From the NCBI GenBank assembly GCA_041674225.1, contig JBAYWG010000001.1, positions 102,501-166,500 of the forward strand: a DNA stretch of 64,000 nucleotides, written 5' to 3'. Made by a program: the position numbers and the translations under genes. Position 1 is the stretch's first letter. Every line of letters starts with the position of its first letter. Positions 48,674 through 57,839 of the stretch are shown here, in pieces. The notes below the pieces were generated by a model. It worked only from the letters and a program-made list of their open reading frames with translations. It made no database searches and was not told the origin of the DNA. The stretch is from Minisyncoccota bacterium. GTDB lineage: Bacteria > Patescibacteriota > Minisyncoccia > Phycocordibacterales > JAACPR01.

Positions 48674-49036
48674 TCAGCCTCGAAAAATAGATTTCTTCAA
48701 TTGAGTCAAAACAGCGGCAGATTCTCCATCATCTTGAATTGCTGACAAATCTTTTTCAGCCAAATCTGCCAGCGTTCTTACACGATACACGTACAAATCG
48801 CGTTGTGATATAAGCCTTGAATCGAACTCCTCGCTTTCTGAAATATTCTGACCAACAGAAACAAGTAAACTACCTAAATTTCCTGTTGCCAAACTCCAAG
48901 AAGCATTTGCCTTCTGGGCCATGTCATTCAAAGAGGACCTTAGTTTCTCCCTTTCAGACACTTCTTCTGTTGAAACAAATGTGCACACAGCACGGTAATA
49001 TTGAGTGATTAGATTATTATCCATTTTCATAACCAA
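48674..49036 (-). CDS. Hypothetical protein (120 aa)
   Basis: ORF only. Confidence 0.45.
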   Translation of the reverse strand: MVMKMDNNLITQYYRAVCTFVSTEEVSEREKLRSSLNDMAQKANASWSLATGNLGSLLVSVGQNISESEEFDSRLISQRDLYVYRVRTLADLAEKDLSAIQDDGESAAVLTQLKKSIFRG

Positions 49037-49082
49037 TTTGTTTGTATTGGCGCTTTCTATTCTTATTTTTATAGTAATTAGA

Positions 49083-50075
49083 CTACTTTGTCAAAATAAA
49101 ATCCTCCTTCACTCCAATCAAATCAAGAACATTTTTCTTATCCTCCCCTACAGAAACCGAAACCTCAGCTCTCTCAATATCCACCGGAATCAAAGTGAAA
49201 TTTTGGGTTTTTGAGTTTAGCTCGAGACTCACTGCTAACCCGCGTCGAGTGTTGTATGAAAAATCTTGGTCGAAGACGAAGTTGCCGAGTGAATAAAAAA
49301 TTGCTTTGTCTTTATAAAACTCCAAAGGTTGCACGACGTGCGGATGCGCACCAATAATCAAATCCGCTCCAGCATCGATAAATTGATGCGCCAAAATTAT
49401 TTGTCTTTCATTTTGCACAGTCTCATATTCTTCTCCCCAGTGCGGTAAAACTACAATATAAAAACAAGTTGAACGAATATTTTTTATTTCCTCCAAAACT
49501 GATTCTGGGTTTCTCGTATATAAATCATGATAACCGATCAAGCAAATATTTTTTCCGCGAACATTCTCTACAACCGAAATCTGAGAATTATTCAACGGCG
49601 ATCCAAAATATTTTAAATCGTTTGCGTCTAAATATTTTTTGGTTTGCAAAAATCCTTCATGCTCAAAATCTAATGCGTGATTATTTGCCAAACTGAGATG
49701 TGTAAAATTATTTTGTTTTAAATATTCGGCAATTTTAGGATTGAAAGTAAATTTAAGAATTTGATTATTTGGAACTGAAACGGATGGAAAGTCGGTTATC
49801 GTTCCTTCTAAATTGCCTACGACCATATTTTTGTTTTGAAAAAGGTGCGCGACACCTCCCAAAATTGAATCAATTCCAAAATTTTGAATATGATTTGCGG
49901 TACCTCGATCAAACATCATATCTCCCACAAACAAAATTGAAATATTACCTTCAACCTTTTTTGCGGGAGTTTTTTCCAAAAATGCTAATGCAGGAATAAA
50001 ATCAATCTTTCTATATGAAAGTAAAAAAATTCCTAGCATCAAAATAATGACCAGAAATATTTTTAATAGTTTCAT
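49083..50075 (-). CDS. CapA/PgsA-family metallophosphatase-like protein (PGA_cap)
   Basis: GDMMFDRG, GNLEG, ANNHALD, …GAHPHVVQ…GNFVFDQ. Confidence 0.75.
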   Translation of the reverse strand: MKLLKIFLVIILMLGIFLLSYRKIDFIPALAFLEKTPAKKVEGNISILFVGDMMFDRGTANHIQNFGIDSILGGVAHLFQNKNMVVGNLEGTITDFPSVSVPNNQILKFTFNPKIAEYLKQNNFTHLSLANNHALDFEHEGFLQTKKYLDANDLKYFGSPLNNSQISVVENVRGKNICLIGYHDLYTRNPESVLEEIKNIRSTCFYIVVLPHWGEEYETVQNERQIILAHQFIDAGADLIIGAHPHVVQPLEFYKDKAIFYSLGNFVFDQDFSYNTRRGLAVSLELNSKTQNFTLIPVDIERAEVSVSVGEDKKNVLDLIGVKEDFILTK

Positions 50076-50495
50076 TTATTTGAAAGTTAACAAAATTGCA
50101 CCCGCAACAATCAACAAAGCTCCAATTGCAGTCTTTATAGTAAAAGCTTCTCCCAAAAACAAAGCTGCTAAAATAACTACAAAAACAACACTCAATCTAT
50201 CAATTCCTGAAACAGCTGCGGCTGGACCATTTTGTAATGCAAAAAAATAAAAAAGCCAAGACAGTGCACCTGCTATTCCTGAAGCCACAATAAAACCAAA
50301 CATCTTTCCATCTATTGTTTTTAATAATGGAGCTTTGTTTAAAAGTAATGCAGTTGAAACCAGAAACACAGCCATCACCACACCACGTACAGCAGTAGCT
50401 AAAGTTGAATCAACATTTTTTAAACCAATCTTGGCCAAGATCGCCACAGCGGATGCAAATATTGCAGATAGTAATGCGTAAATAATCCAAGTCAT
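50076..50495 (-). CDS. Small DMT/EamA-like 4-TM transporter (start MTWIIY…; the track used an upstream TTG)
   Basis: Four TM helices of the EamA pattern. Confidence 0.55.
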   Translation of the reverse strand: MTWIIYALLSAIFASAVAILAKIGLKNVDSTLATAVRGVVMAVFLVSTALLLNKAPLLKTIDGKMFGFIVASGIAGALSWLFYFFALQNGPAAAVSGIDRLSVVFVVILAALFLGEAFTIKTAIGALLIVAGAILLTFK

Positions 50496-50643
50496 ATTAA
50501 AATTCTCCACTACCTCTATCAATCATCACATCTTCTACTTGAAATTCTTCAGGTTGATTGAATATATTGTTCAACACAAAACCTAAAATAGCCAAAAATA
50601 TTATTGAAATAATTATCTTCTTTTTGCTCATCCTGAGATTATA

Positions 50644-50901
50644 TCACTTAAGGAAACCTTCTTTCAACAAAATCTTCTTTTTATTAGCAAGACCTCTATT
50701 ATATCCACCGAGCTGACCGTTACTTTTTATCACACGATGACAGGGAATTAGCGGATCATAATTTTTGTTCAAAATATTTCCCACAGAACGAAAAGCTTTT
50801 TCACTTCCCGCCTTTTTAGCAACTTCTTTATAAGAAAGCGTCTTTCCTTCTGGAATCCTCTTCACCACCTCAAATACTTTTTCGGCAAAAGTTTTAGTCA
50901 T
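50644..50901 (-). CDS. MGMT-family DNA-binding domain protein (O6-alkylguanine-DNA alkyltransferase C-domain-like, PCHRV). Start MTKTF…
   Basis: …VGNILNKNYDPLIPCHRVIKSNG…GY.. matches the MGMT C-terminal active-site motif. The ATG lies 2 nt upstream of the preceding gene's stop. Confidence 0.7.
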   Translation of the reverse strand: MTKTFAEKVFEVVKRIPEGKTLSYKEVAKKAGSEKAFRSVGNILNKNYDPLIPCHRVIKSNGQLGGYNRGLANKKKILLKEGFLK

Positions 50902-52039
50902 GATGGTGCCCGTGACTGTGTCCATGACCGCTGACTTTCAAATTTTTATATTTATCAACAAAATAAACTGCCAAAAATGTAGTGATAGGAACAGTCAGAA
51001 TCAGTCCAATACTTCCCACCAATGTTCGGGCGATTTCCGTAGCAAAAATTTCATTATTAATTATTCTTCCAAAATCAGATTTTGATTGAGAGAACCAAAG
51101 CAGGAGTGGCAGAGAAACTCCAGCGTATGCGAGCACTAGAGTATTCACTAATGCACTTATGTGCTCATTACCCACTCGCAAAGCTTTTTGATAAAGCTCT
51201 ATCGGCTTCAAATGATCAGCGGCTCTTTTTAATTCTGCAACCACAGCGACTTGAGTTGTTGCAATATCATCGAGCACCCCAAGCACACCGATAATAATTC
51301 CTCCCAAAAGCAATCCTTCGAAATCTAGAGAACCTTGTGTACTAAAATTTAGATAAACAGTTTCATCAGAAAAGAATCCACTCAGATTTAAAATCTTCAC
51401 CGAAAACCAAGCCAGAACTCCAGTGATACAGACAGCTATCACTGTGCCCGAAAATGCGATAAGCGATCGATAATTAAATCCATGCGTAAAAAAAATCGCA
51501 ATTGCTAGAATCACCGAGCCAAGCAAAATACTTGTAATGATTGGATTGTATCCTTGAATCAAAAGTGGTAACAAAACATAAATAATAATCAGAAAACTTC
51601 CAATCAAACTAATTAATGAACGCAAACCTTGCCATCTGCCGAAATACAAAACAATTCCAGCAAATAATGCTGTTAAGAAAAACAAAGTTGCACGACGATC
51701 AATATCACGCACAGAATAAATCTCATCACCTTGAATTGTAATCAAATAATTCATATAAAATTTCTGACCTTCCTCCAATAAAATGAAATCGTTTTCTATT
51801 TCGATTTTTTCTCCAGCTCTTTCTCCTTCGAGAATTTCAACTTTTAAAGTTTGATATTTTGTCTTTGTCTCAGTTCCTGGAATTATTTTTTCACCCTCAG
51901 AAACAACTTCTGTAACTTCAGCGCGCCAAACACCTTGCAAATCTTCGTAAATCTCTTGGGCATTCAAAAAAAACGGAGAGAACAAAACTAAGCCGAACAG
52001 TATGAATTTAATTTGATTTTTTACCATAGCCAACCACAA
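50894..52039 (-). CDS. YibE/F-family membrane protein with a His-rich C-terminus
   Basis: Polytopic, with the YibE/F-like segment …GVLDDIATTQVAVV.EL…. Tail HGHSHGHHHD. Confidence 0.6.
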   Translation of the reverse strand: MWLAMVKNQIKFILFGLVLFSPFFLNAQEIYEDLQGVWRAEVTEVVSEGEKIIPGTETKTKYQTLKVEILEGERAGEKIEIENDFILLEEGQKFYMNYLITIQGDEIYSVRDIDRRATLFFLTALFAGIVLYFGRWQGLRSLISLIGSFLIIIYVLLPLLIQGYNPIITSILLGSVILAIAIFFTHGFNYRSLIAFSGTVIAVCITGVLAWFSVKILNLSGFFSDETVYLNFSTQGSLDFEGLLLGGIIIGVLGVLDDIATTQVAVVAELKRAADHLKPIELYQKALRVGNEHISALVNTLVLAYAGVSLPLLLWFSQSKSDFGRIINNEIFATEIARTLVGSIGLILTVPITTFLAVYFVDKYKNLKVSGHGHSHGHHHD

Positions 52040-52424
52040 CAGATGTTGCCAATGCCACGATAATAATATTTTTAATGATGTATTGTCCAGGTAGAGTTGG
52101 AGTCAGTAATCCTTGCCATGCGATATCTGGAAGCATTATTAAAGGTAAAAATGTTGTACACATGTGGGGAATTAAAATCGCGATTGCAATCTTTTCTGTT
52201 TTTTTAAATAGAAACAAAATTCCAATTAACATTTCCACAGCTCCCAAGAAACCAAAAAATGAACTCATCGGCCACCATGGAATTGTTATCGCTCGCAAAG
52301 CATCTACTAAATCATACGCAGGAGATGTTCCGATTAGTTTTAATAATCCGAACCAAAAGAAAACTACGAAGATTGATACGTGCGCTAATAAATATGTAAA
52401 TTTTTTAATTTTTGCTGATTTCAT
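52008..52424 (-). CDS. DoxX-family membrane protein
   Basis: FFWFGLLKL (F..G..KL) motif. 4 TM. Confidence 0.5.
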   Translation of the reverse strand: MKSAKIKKFTYLLAHVSIFVVFFWFGLLKLIGTSPAYDLVDALRAITIPWWPMSSFFGFLGAVEMLIGILFLFKKTEKIAIAILIPHMCTTFLPLIMLPDIAWQGLLTPTLPGQYIIKNIIIVALATSVVVGYGKKSN

Positions 52425-52426
52425 TT

Positions 52427-52867
52427 TTATATATTACTACACTTTCCGCATGTTCCAAAAAATTCTAGTGCGTGATCTGAAACTTTTTTAAATTTTGTAG
52501 AATTCTTTTGAATTTTTTTAATAAAGTTTTCTGGCAAACAAATTTCAACTTCTTCTAAATCCCCGCAACCTTTGCAAATAATATGATGATGGTGATGGTC
52601 TTGAAATTCAAAATAAGCTTTCCCGGAACGAAAATCCGTTTGATACACAATGTCTTTTAAAACAAATTGATTTAAAATTCGGTAAATTGTCACTTGGTCG
52701 GCTTTTTTTAATTTTTTAAAAATATCTTCAACGGACAGAGGCTTTGAATTTGAAATTAAAAGTTCCAAAACAGATAAACGGTTTTTGGTTATTTTCAAAT
52801 CAGCGTCTTTTAAAATTTGACGAATATTCTTTACGATTTTTTGGGCTCTTTCTTGCTTTTTTATCAT
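52427..52867 (-). CDS. Fur-family metalloregulator (probably Zur, given the divergent ZIP transporter)
   Basis: wHTH (VTIYRILNQF), HHHHHIICKGCG…C…C metal sites. Confidence 0.85.
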   Translation of the reverse strand: MIKKQERAQKIVKNIRQILKDADLKITKNRLSVLELLISNSKPLSVEDIFKKLKKADQVTIYRILNQFVLKDIVYQTDFRSGKAYFEFQDHHHHHIICKGCGDLEEVEICLPENFIKKIQKNSTKFKKVSDHALEFFGTCGKCSNI

Positions 52868-52885
52868 GTTTCGTATTATACTCTA

Positions 52886-52904
52886 AATGCAAATAAATTG
52901 CATT
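52886..52904. promoter_or_regulatory. Palindrome AATGCAA-ATAAA-TTGCATT in the zur/ZIP divergent intergenic region. Candidate Fur/Zur operator.
   Basis: Perfect 7-5-7 inverted repeat. Position between a Fur-family gene and a zinc transporter. Confidence 0.4.
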
Positions 52905-52919
52905 AACTAAATTTTAATT

Positions 52920-53681
52920 ATGACAACAATACCATTATTATATTCTTTAATCAGCGTTTTAATTATAAGCCTTATTTCCCTAATAGGAATTTTTAGCCTT
53001 TCTGTAAAAGAAAGTACAATCAGAAAATATGTGTTTGTATTTGTCAGCCTTGCTCTCGGTGCCCTACTAGGTGATGCTTTCATTCACTTGATACCAGAAG
53101 CAATCGAAGAGACTGGTGATTTGAACAAAGTCTCACTGTTTGTAATAATCGGAATTTTTATATTTTTTATATTAGAAAAGTTTTTGCACTGGCATCATCA
53201 TCAAACTGATTCTGAAAAACACATCAAACCAGTTGGAAAAATGATTTTGATTTCAGATGGTTTTCATAATTTTATAGACGGCGTAATAATCGGAGCGAGT
53301 TATTTGATTAGTGTGGAAGTTGGTATCGCTACAACGATCGCAGTATTGCTTCACGAAATTCCACAAGAAATTGGCGACTACGGAGTTTTGATTCATGCAG
53401 GATACACAAAATCACGTGCCTTGTTTTTAAACTTTGTATCAGCATTAATCTCGATAGTTGGAGTAATATCTGTATTCTTGATCGGAGATACTCTTGAAGG
53501 AATTTTAGTTTGGTTCCTACCGATTGCTGCTGGAGGATTCATTTATATTGCTCTATCGGATTTGATTCCAGAGCTTCATGATCACGCTGAAGATAAAAAA
53601 GATATTTGGAGCACTCTGATTCAAATTTTTGTAGCGATTGCTGGTGTAGGTCTAATGTATGGACTTTTGTTTTTGGAATAA
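52920..53681 (+). CDS. ZIP-family zinc transporter (ZupT-like)
   Basis: HEIPQEIGDYGVL and H-rich loop. 8 TM. Confidence 0.85.
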   Translation: MTTIPLLYSLISVLIISLISLIGIFSLSVKESTIRKYVFVFVSLALGALLGDAFIHLIPEAIEETGDLNKVSLFVIIGIFIFFILEKFLHWHHHQTDSEKHIKPVGKMILISDGFHNFIDGVIIGASYLISVEVGIATTIAVLLHEIPQEIGDYGVLIHAGYTKSRALFLNFVSALISIVGVISVFLIGDTLEGILVWFLPIAAGGFIYIALSDLIPELHDHAEDKKDIWSTLIQIFVAIAGVGLMYGLLFLE

Positions 53682-54053
53682 ATAAAAAAAACAAGGGGCA
53701 GGCGGCCCCTTGTTTCGCTTGATCAAGAAAATCTTGATCTCACGTGACAAGCAAATCTCTTCCCTGACGGGATAAATCTTGCTCAGAAATCCTGGCACTG
53801 TTTGTTTTCTGGGTTCATCATCATCGTAAATGTCAGAAAGAACGAGACGATCGATATTAAAACTCTCTTTGAAACGCAGTAGCATTTCTAAAGGATCAGT
53901 TCTTTCTCTATCGTCCACTACGATAATCAATCGTTTTCCTTCAGGATTTTCGTTGAGAGTAAGGCCCTCAAGTTCCTGTAAAATTGTTTCTGTTAAAGTT
54001 CGTGTTGAGATCGCCCCCAACACACAAAAGTGCAGCGGGTGTCTGTATCTCAT
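53652..54053 (-). CDS. Hypothetical protein 'B' (133 aa as an ORF; the C-terminal ~25 aa are translated from a terminator hairpin and are doubtful)
   Basis: ORF preceded on the minus strand by a TTGACA-17-TATTAA promoter. No family recognised. Confidence 0.4.
   Translation of the reverse strand: MRYRHPLHFCVLGAISTRTLTETILQELEGLTLNENPEGKRLIIVVDDRERTDPLEMLLRFKESFNIDRLVLSDIYDDDEPRKQTVPGFLSKIYPVREEICLSREIKIFLIKRNKGPPAPCFFYLFQKQKSIH
53692..53716. terminator. Hairpin CAAGGGGC-AGGCG-GCCCCTTG with an A-run upstream and TTT downstream (bidirectional). It lies inside the C-terminal part of ORF 53652..54053.
   Basis: Perfect 8-bp GC stem. Confidence 0.6.
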
Positions 54054-54068
54054 TTTTTCTAACGAATA

Positions 54069-54097
54069 TTAATACATTAATTGTACTAGTTTGTCAA
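54069..54097 (-). promoter_or_regulatory. Sigma70-like promoter (TTGACA at 54097-54092, TATTAA at 54074-54069 on the minus strand) driving ORF B. It lies inside the reading frame of ORF A.
   Basis: Perfect -35, 17-nt spacer, 4/6 -10. Confidence 0.4.
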
Positions 54098-54521
54098 ATA
54101 CAATACAGGAGTCCTGGTTAAAAGAAAAAAGGTGCCCGGTGCTCACCTCCTCAAATGAGCCACCGGACACCACAAAATACAAGTATGCATGAAAAGAAAA
54201 ACAACATCCGCGCAAATAAAGGGGGGGACCTTTATTACGATCATCATCATGAATCGAATGCGAAATATTATCACTTTTCATTGCCTTCTCAGCGATAAGG
54301 CCGAGATACAAACTAAACAAAGGAACACTGTCGTAAGATTCAATCTCTTGAACTGGGTAATCTTGTCGAACAAACGACTCTGCAGCTTTTGCTAACAAGT
54401 GATCTACACTGGTTTCATTTGCTGGGTAAAAGACGATATAAACTTGATTACTCTTTTCAAAGGATTGAACGAATACTGGAATACAAGATCCCAGCAAAGC
54501 TAGAATATTTGTACTTCTCAT
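54069..54521 (-). CDS. Hypothetical protein 'A'. The ORF runs through a C7 homopolymer, a terminator and a promoter, so the true C-terminus is uncertain (possible frameshift or pseudogene).
   Basis: The N-terminal ~95 aa are protein-like. Downstream sequence has regulatory-RNA features. Confidence 0.35.
   Translation of the reverse strand: MRSTNILALLGSCIPVFVQSFEKSNQVYIVFYPANETSVDHLLAKAAESFVRQDYPVQEIESYDSVPLFSLYLGLIAEKAMKSDNISHSIHDDDRNKGPPLYLRGCCFSFHAYLYFVVSGGSFEEVSTGHLFSFNQDSCIVFDKLVQLMY
54131..54171 (-). terminator. Minus-strand terminator GGTGTCCGGTG-(19 nt loop containing GGAGGUGA)-CACCGGGCACC + UUUUUU, inside ORF A
   Basis: 11-bp GC-rich stem plus T-run in an AT-rich genome. Confidence 0.55.
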
Positions 54522-54560
54522 TTATGAAGATAATACTATTAGTCTAAAAAAATGCAACTA

Positions 54561-56042
54561 CTACTTTTTCTTATCCAAATCCAAAACTTCATCAATGCGA
54601 ATTTGTTCTACGAATTCTGGAACATGGGAAACTAAAATCATTGCACCCTCATAATCATTCAAAGCTTTCGCAATCACAGGAATGTGTCGGAAATTAATAT
54701 GGTTTGTCGGCTCGTCTAAAATCAAAAGTCCTGGTTGCAATAAAACTAATCTTGCAAAAGCCACTAAACCTTTCTGCCCTTCCGAAAGTAAACCGATTCT
54801 TGTTTTAATAATTTCTCCATAAATTAAAAATCCAGCCGCAATAGAACGAATATCTTCTTCTGTTTTTTCACCAGCAACATTCATCAAACAATCAAAAACA
54901 GTTTGTTCAAAATCCAAGTTTGAAAAATCTTGTCGATAGTATCCGATCTTTACACCATCAGAAATTTCTTCACCAGTAGCATGACCCGAAGCCAATGATT
55001 CAAGTAGAGTAGTTTTTCCAATTCCATTCGGACCAACGATTTGTAAATGTTGTCTTCTTTTCAAAACTAAATTCGATGGAACATCTTTTGGTTTGTGATT
55101 TCGAATCACTTTATAAGAAGTAAGTTTCAAAACTTCAGTTGGTAAATCTTCTTGTACAGGAATAATAAAAGGACGAATTGTTTTATCTTCTTTTCGCACA
55201 TCTACTTTATTTTCTTCAGCTTCTTCAGCTTTTTCACGCATTTTTTTCGCAACCAATCTCATTTGACCTCCTTTGTTCGCAAAAAAGTTTGCTTTGTCTT
55301 TGTTTGCCTGAATCTCTTTTTCAAGTTGAGCATTTTTTCTTTTCTCTTTCAAAACTCTCACTGCGATTTCTTCCACCACGTCGTGATAGTTTCCGGTGTA
55401 TTGTTCAATATTTTTTGTTTGAACATTTAAATAAAGAACACCGTCGGTAAATGCATTCAAAAAATCAGCATCATGGGAAATAACAATCACAGTTTTTCTA
55501 TACTCTTTCAAAAATTCTGTTAGATGTTCAATTCCCTCTTTGTCCAAATTGTTTGTCGGCTCATCTAGCAAAAGAACATCTGGATTTTGAATTAAAGCAG
55601 AAGCTAAAAGTAATCGCGCTTGTTGCCCGCCAGAAAAACTTCCAATGACTCTTTCTTTGAAAGTTTTCGCTACATCTTCATCTTTTGGTGATAAATTTAC
55701 AACTTCTAAAACATCATCAATTTTTGGATCAATTGCATAAATTTTTTCATTGAAACATTTTTCAAAAAATTCACGCACAGTCAAAGTCAGTTCATCTCGT
55801 GGAATAACTTGTCTTGAAACCGCAATACTTGTGCGAGGCATTGTAGTGATTTGTCCTTCGTCGGCTTTGTATTGGCCAGTGATCAAGCCAAACAGCGTAC
55901 TTTTTCCTGCACCGTTTTGACCCATCAAAGTTAGTTTTGCTCCACGACGAATAGAAAAACTCGTCTCGATAAGAATCGGTTTATTTGCTCCATGTTCATA
56001 AGAAACATTATTAAATGTAATCAGTCCTGCGTTCTTCGACAT
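54561..56042 (-). CDS. ABC-F family ATPase (tandem ABC domains, no TMD), compact
   Basis: Walker A GQNGAGKST and GPNGIGKTT. Signatures LSGGQQ and LSEGQK. Linker with a charged coiled region. Confidence 0.85.
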   Translation of the reverse strand: MSKNAGLITFNNVSYEHGANKPILIETSFSIRRGAKLTLMGQNGAGKSTLFGLITGQYKADEGQITTMPRTSIAVSRQVIPRDELTLTVREFFEKCFNEKIYAIDPKIDDVLEVVNLSPKDEDVAKTFKERVIGSFSGGQQARLLLASALIQNPDVLLLDEPTNNLDKEGIEHLTEFLKEYRKTVIVISHDADFLNAFTDGVLYLNVQTKNIEQYTGNYHDVVEEIAVRVLKEKRKNAQLEKEIQANKDKANFFANKGGQMRLVAKKMREKAEEAEENKVDVRKEDKTIRPFIIPVQEDLPTEVLKLTSYKVIRNHKPKDVPSNLVLKRRQHLQIVGPNGIGKTTLLESLASGHATGEEISDGVKIGYYRQDFSNLDFEQTVFDCLMNVAGEKTEEDIRSIAAGFLIYGEIIKTRIGLLSEGQKGLVAFARLVLLQPGLLILDEPTNHINFRHIPVIAKALNDYEGAMILVSHVPEFVEQIRIDEVLDLDKKK

Positions 56043-56081
56043 AAGGCTTTACATCTTACACTATTTTTCGTGTAATTGCAC

Positions 56082-57107
56082 TTACTTCTTAAAAGAAAAA
56101 TAAATATCAATTAGAGCTAGGAATACACTCACAGAAAGAGGTCCTAGCAAAAAACCTAATGGACCAAAGAAAGCTAGTCCTCCCAAAACTGAAATGAATA
56201 CAAGAAGTGGATGAAGTTTCATTCCTCTTCCAACCAATCGTGGACTCAAAAAATTATCAATCAAACCAACAGCGATAATTCCCCACGCTAAAAGTCCGAA
56301 TCCCGCAAAAGAACTTTCTGTTACAAATAAAAATATAATTGCAGGAGCTATAACTAAAGCAGTTCCAACTCCAGGAATCAAAGCAGCGAGAGCAGCAACA
56401 GTTCCCCACAAAACAGCATTCGGCACTCCAAAAATCATAAACCCAATTCCTGTTAGTGTTCCTTGGATCAATCCTATTGAAAGACTTCCCTTCACCGTTG
56501 CAGATACAGCGAGCTTCAAACGATCAACAATTTTCTCATCATCATTATCATCAAGTGGACTCAATCGCACAAAATAATCTTTCAATTTACTTCCGTCTTT
56601 CAAAAAGAAATAGAATGCTGTTAGAAATACAAAAATATTTAATAGGCTTTTTGTAACGCTAGAAAAAATTGTTCCGAAATTTTGAATCACAACTTCCAAA
56701 CCACTCTGTGCATATTTTTTAAAATCTAATTGAAAGTTTTCAGGGATCGGTAAAAATGTTTTTGCTTTATTTAAAAGTGCATCTGTGGATTCAACAAAAA
56801 AATCTGTATCTCCTGCAATCACTCCTGTATAAAGCTGAGTTGATTCTTTGAAAATTTGAAATCCAATAAAAGATATTGGCAACAAAATTATAATGACTGC
56901 AAGAATAGTGGTTATAAGTGCAGAAATTTTTACCGAATTTTTTAGATAAGATAAAATCCTTTTATAAACAGGTTGAAATAAAAATGCAAATACAGCAGCT
57001 ACAATCAAAGATCCAATAAAAGGACTGATTATAAGGTAAACCAAAGCAAAAGTGGCTACAATACAAACTAGCAGAAAATATATCGAGTGGTGTTTTATTG
57101 TGTCCAT
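56082..57107 (-). CDS. AI-2E family (PerM/UPF0118) transporter
   Basis: 8-TM topology and the family's conserved central loop. Confidence 0.7.
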   Translation of the reverse strand: MDTIKHHSIYFLLVCIVATFALVYLIISPFIGSLIVAAVFAFLFQPVYKRILSYLKNSVKISALITTILAVIIILLPISFIGFQIFKESTQLYTGVIAGDTDFFVESTDALLNKAKTFLPIPENFQLDFKKYAQSGLEVVIQNFGTIFSSVTKSLLNIFVFLTAFYFFLKDGSKLKDYFVRLSPLDDNDDEKIVDRLKLAVSATVKGSLSIGLIQGTLTGIGFMIFGVPNAVLWGTVAALAALIPGVGTALVIAPAIIFLFVTESSFAGFGLLAWGIIAVGLIDNFLSPRLVGRGMKLHPLLVFISVLGGLAFFGPLGFLLGPLSVSVFLALIDIYFSFKK

Positions 57108-57125
57108 ATCACTATAATACTTTTT

Positions 57126-57371
57126 TTATTTACTATTTTCAATCAATTCTAATTTCTTCGCTCTGGGTAACTTTTTTATTTCTGCTTCTCTCTTTGAGGC
57201 AGAGCTTCTATCTTTGTGTTCTTCTAAATACAAAAAACTCACAGGTTTGTGAGCTTTTGTATAACGGCTCCCTATACCGTCTTTATGTTCTTTAAATCTT
57301 CTAACCACATCGGTAGTTATACCTGTATAAAGACTTCCATCTTCACATTCTAGAATATATACCGAATACAT
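57126..57371 (-). CDS. GIY-YIG domain protein (YhbQ/UPF0213-like)
   Basis: YSVYILECEDGSLYTGITTDVVRRFKEH. Confidence 0.75.
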   Translation of the reverse strand: MYSVYILECEDGSLYTGITTDVVRRFKEHKDGIGSRYTKAHKPVSFLYLEEHKDRSSASKREAEIKKLPRAKKLELIENSK

Positions 57372-57374
57372 TAG

Positions 57375-57833
57375 TTAATCTTTTTTGAATTTCAATACAC
57401 TGGCGTTTTCAAGATACACCATTGTTAAACTATCCTTTGTAACTTCTGAGATAACAAAGTTTGTAGAAAGTTCTTTATCGTTTAGAGTGACAAAGATTGC
57501 TCCATCTCCAACTGGATAATTGAAGTTTGTAGGTCGGTCTTCTTTATCAAAAGTATTCCAAGTTCCTGAGACAGATACTTCCGGACCTTTTTCGTTTTTA
57601 TAAGTATCTGTGAAAGTTCCATCTGTATTAAATGTTCTTTTGAAATTTTCATCATCCACATTTACCCATGTTCCAACCAAAAGTGTAGGATCAAAACTAA
57701 GTTTTTGCTCTACCATTTCATCAGCTTTTTTATCTACACCTACAATAGACCATACATATACTATTCCGATAATAATTAGTATTCCAAGCACTATTTGCAC
57801 AACTCGTTTGTTGTTTTCGTTCATTTTTGTCAA
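57375..57833 (-). CDS. Hypothetical anchored protein (152 aa)
   Basis: N-terminal TM. ORF only. Confidence 0.45.
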   Translation of the reverse strand: MTKMNENNKRVVQIVLGILIIIGIVYVWSIVGVDKKADEMVEQKLSFDPTLLVGTWVNVDDENFKRTFNTDGTFTDTYKNEKGPEVSVSGTWNTFDKEDRPTNFNYPVGDGAIFVTLNDKELSTNFVISEVTKDSLTMVYLENASVLKFKKD

Positions 57834-57839
57834 TTAATA

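Noticed and set aside
54100-54240. Riboswitch assignment for the structured leader upstream of ORF B
   Set aside because: There is a terminator with an SD-like loop, but the putative upstream aptamer region (~70 nt) matches no riboswitch consensus I can recognise (no TPP, SAM, FMN or glycine-like conserved boxes). It is reported only as an anomalous structured region, not as a riboswitch.
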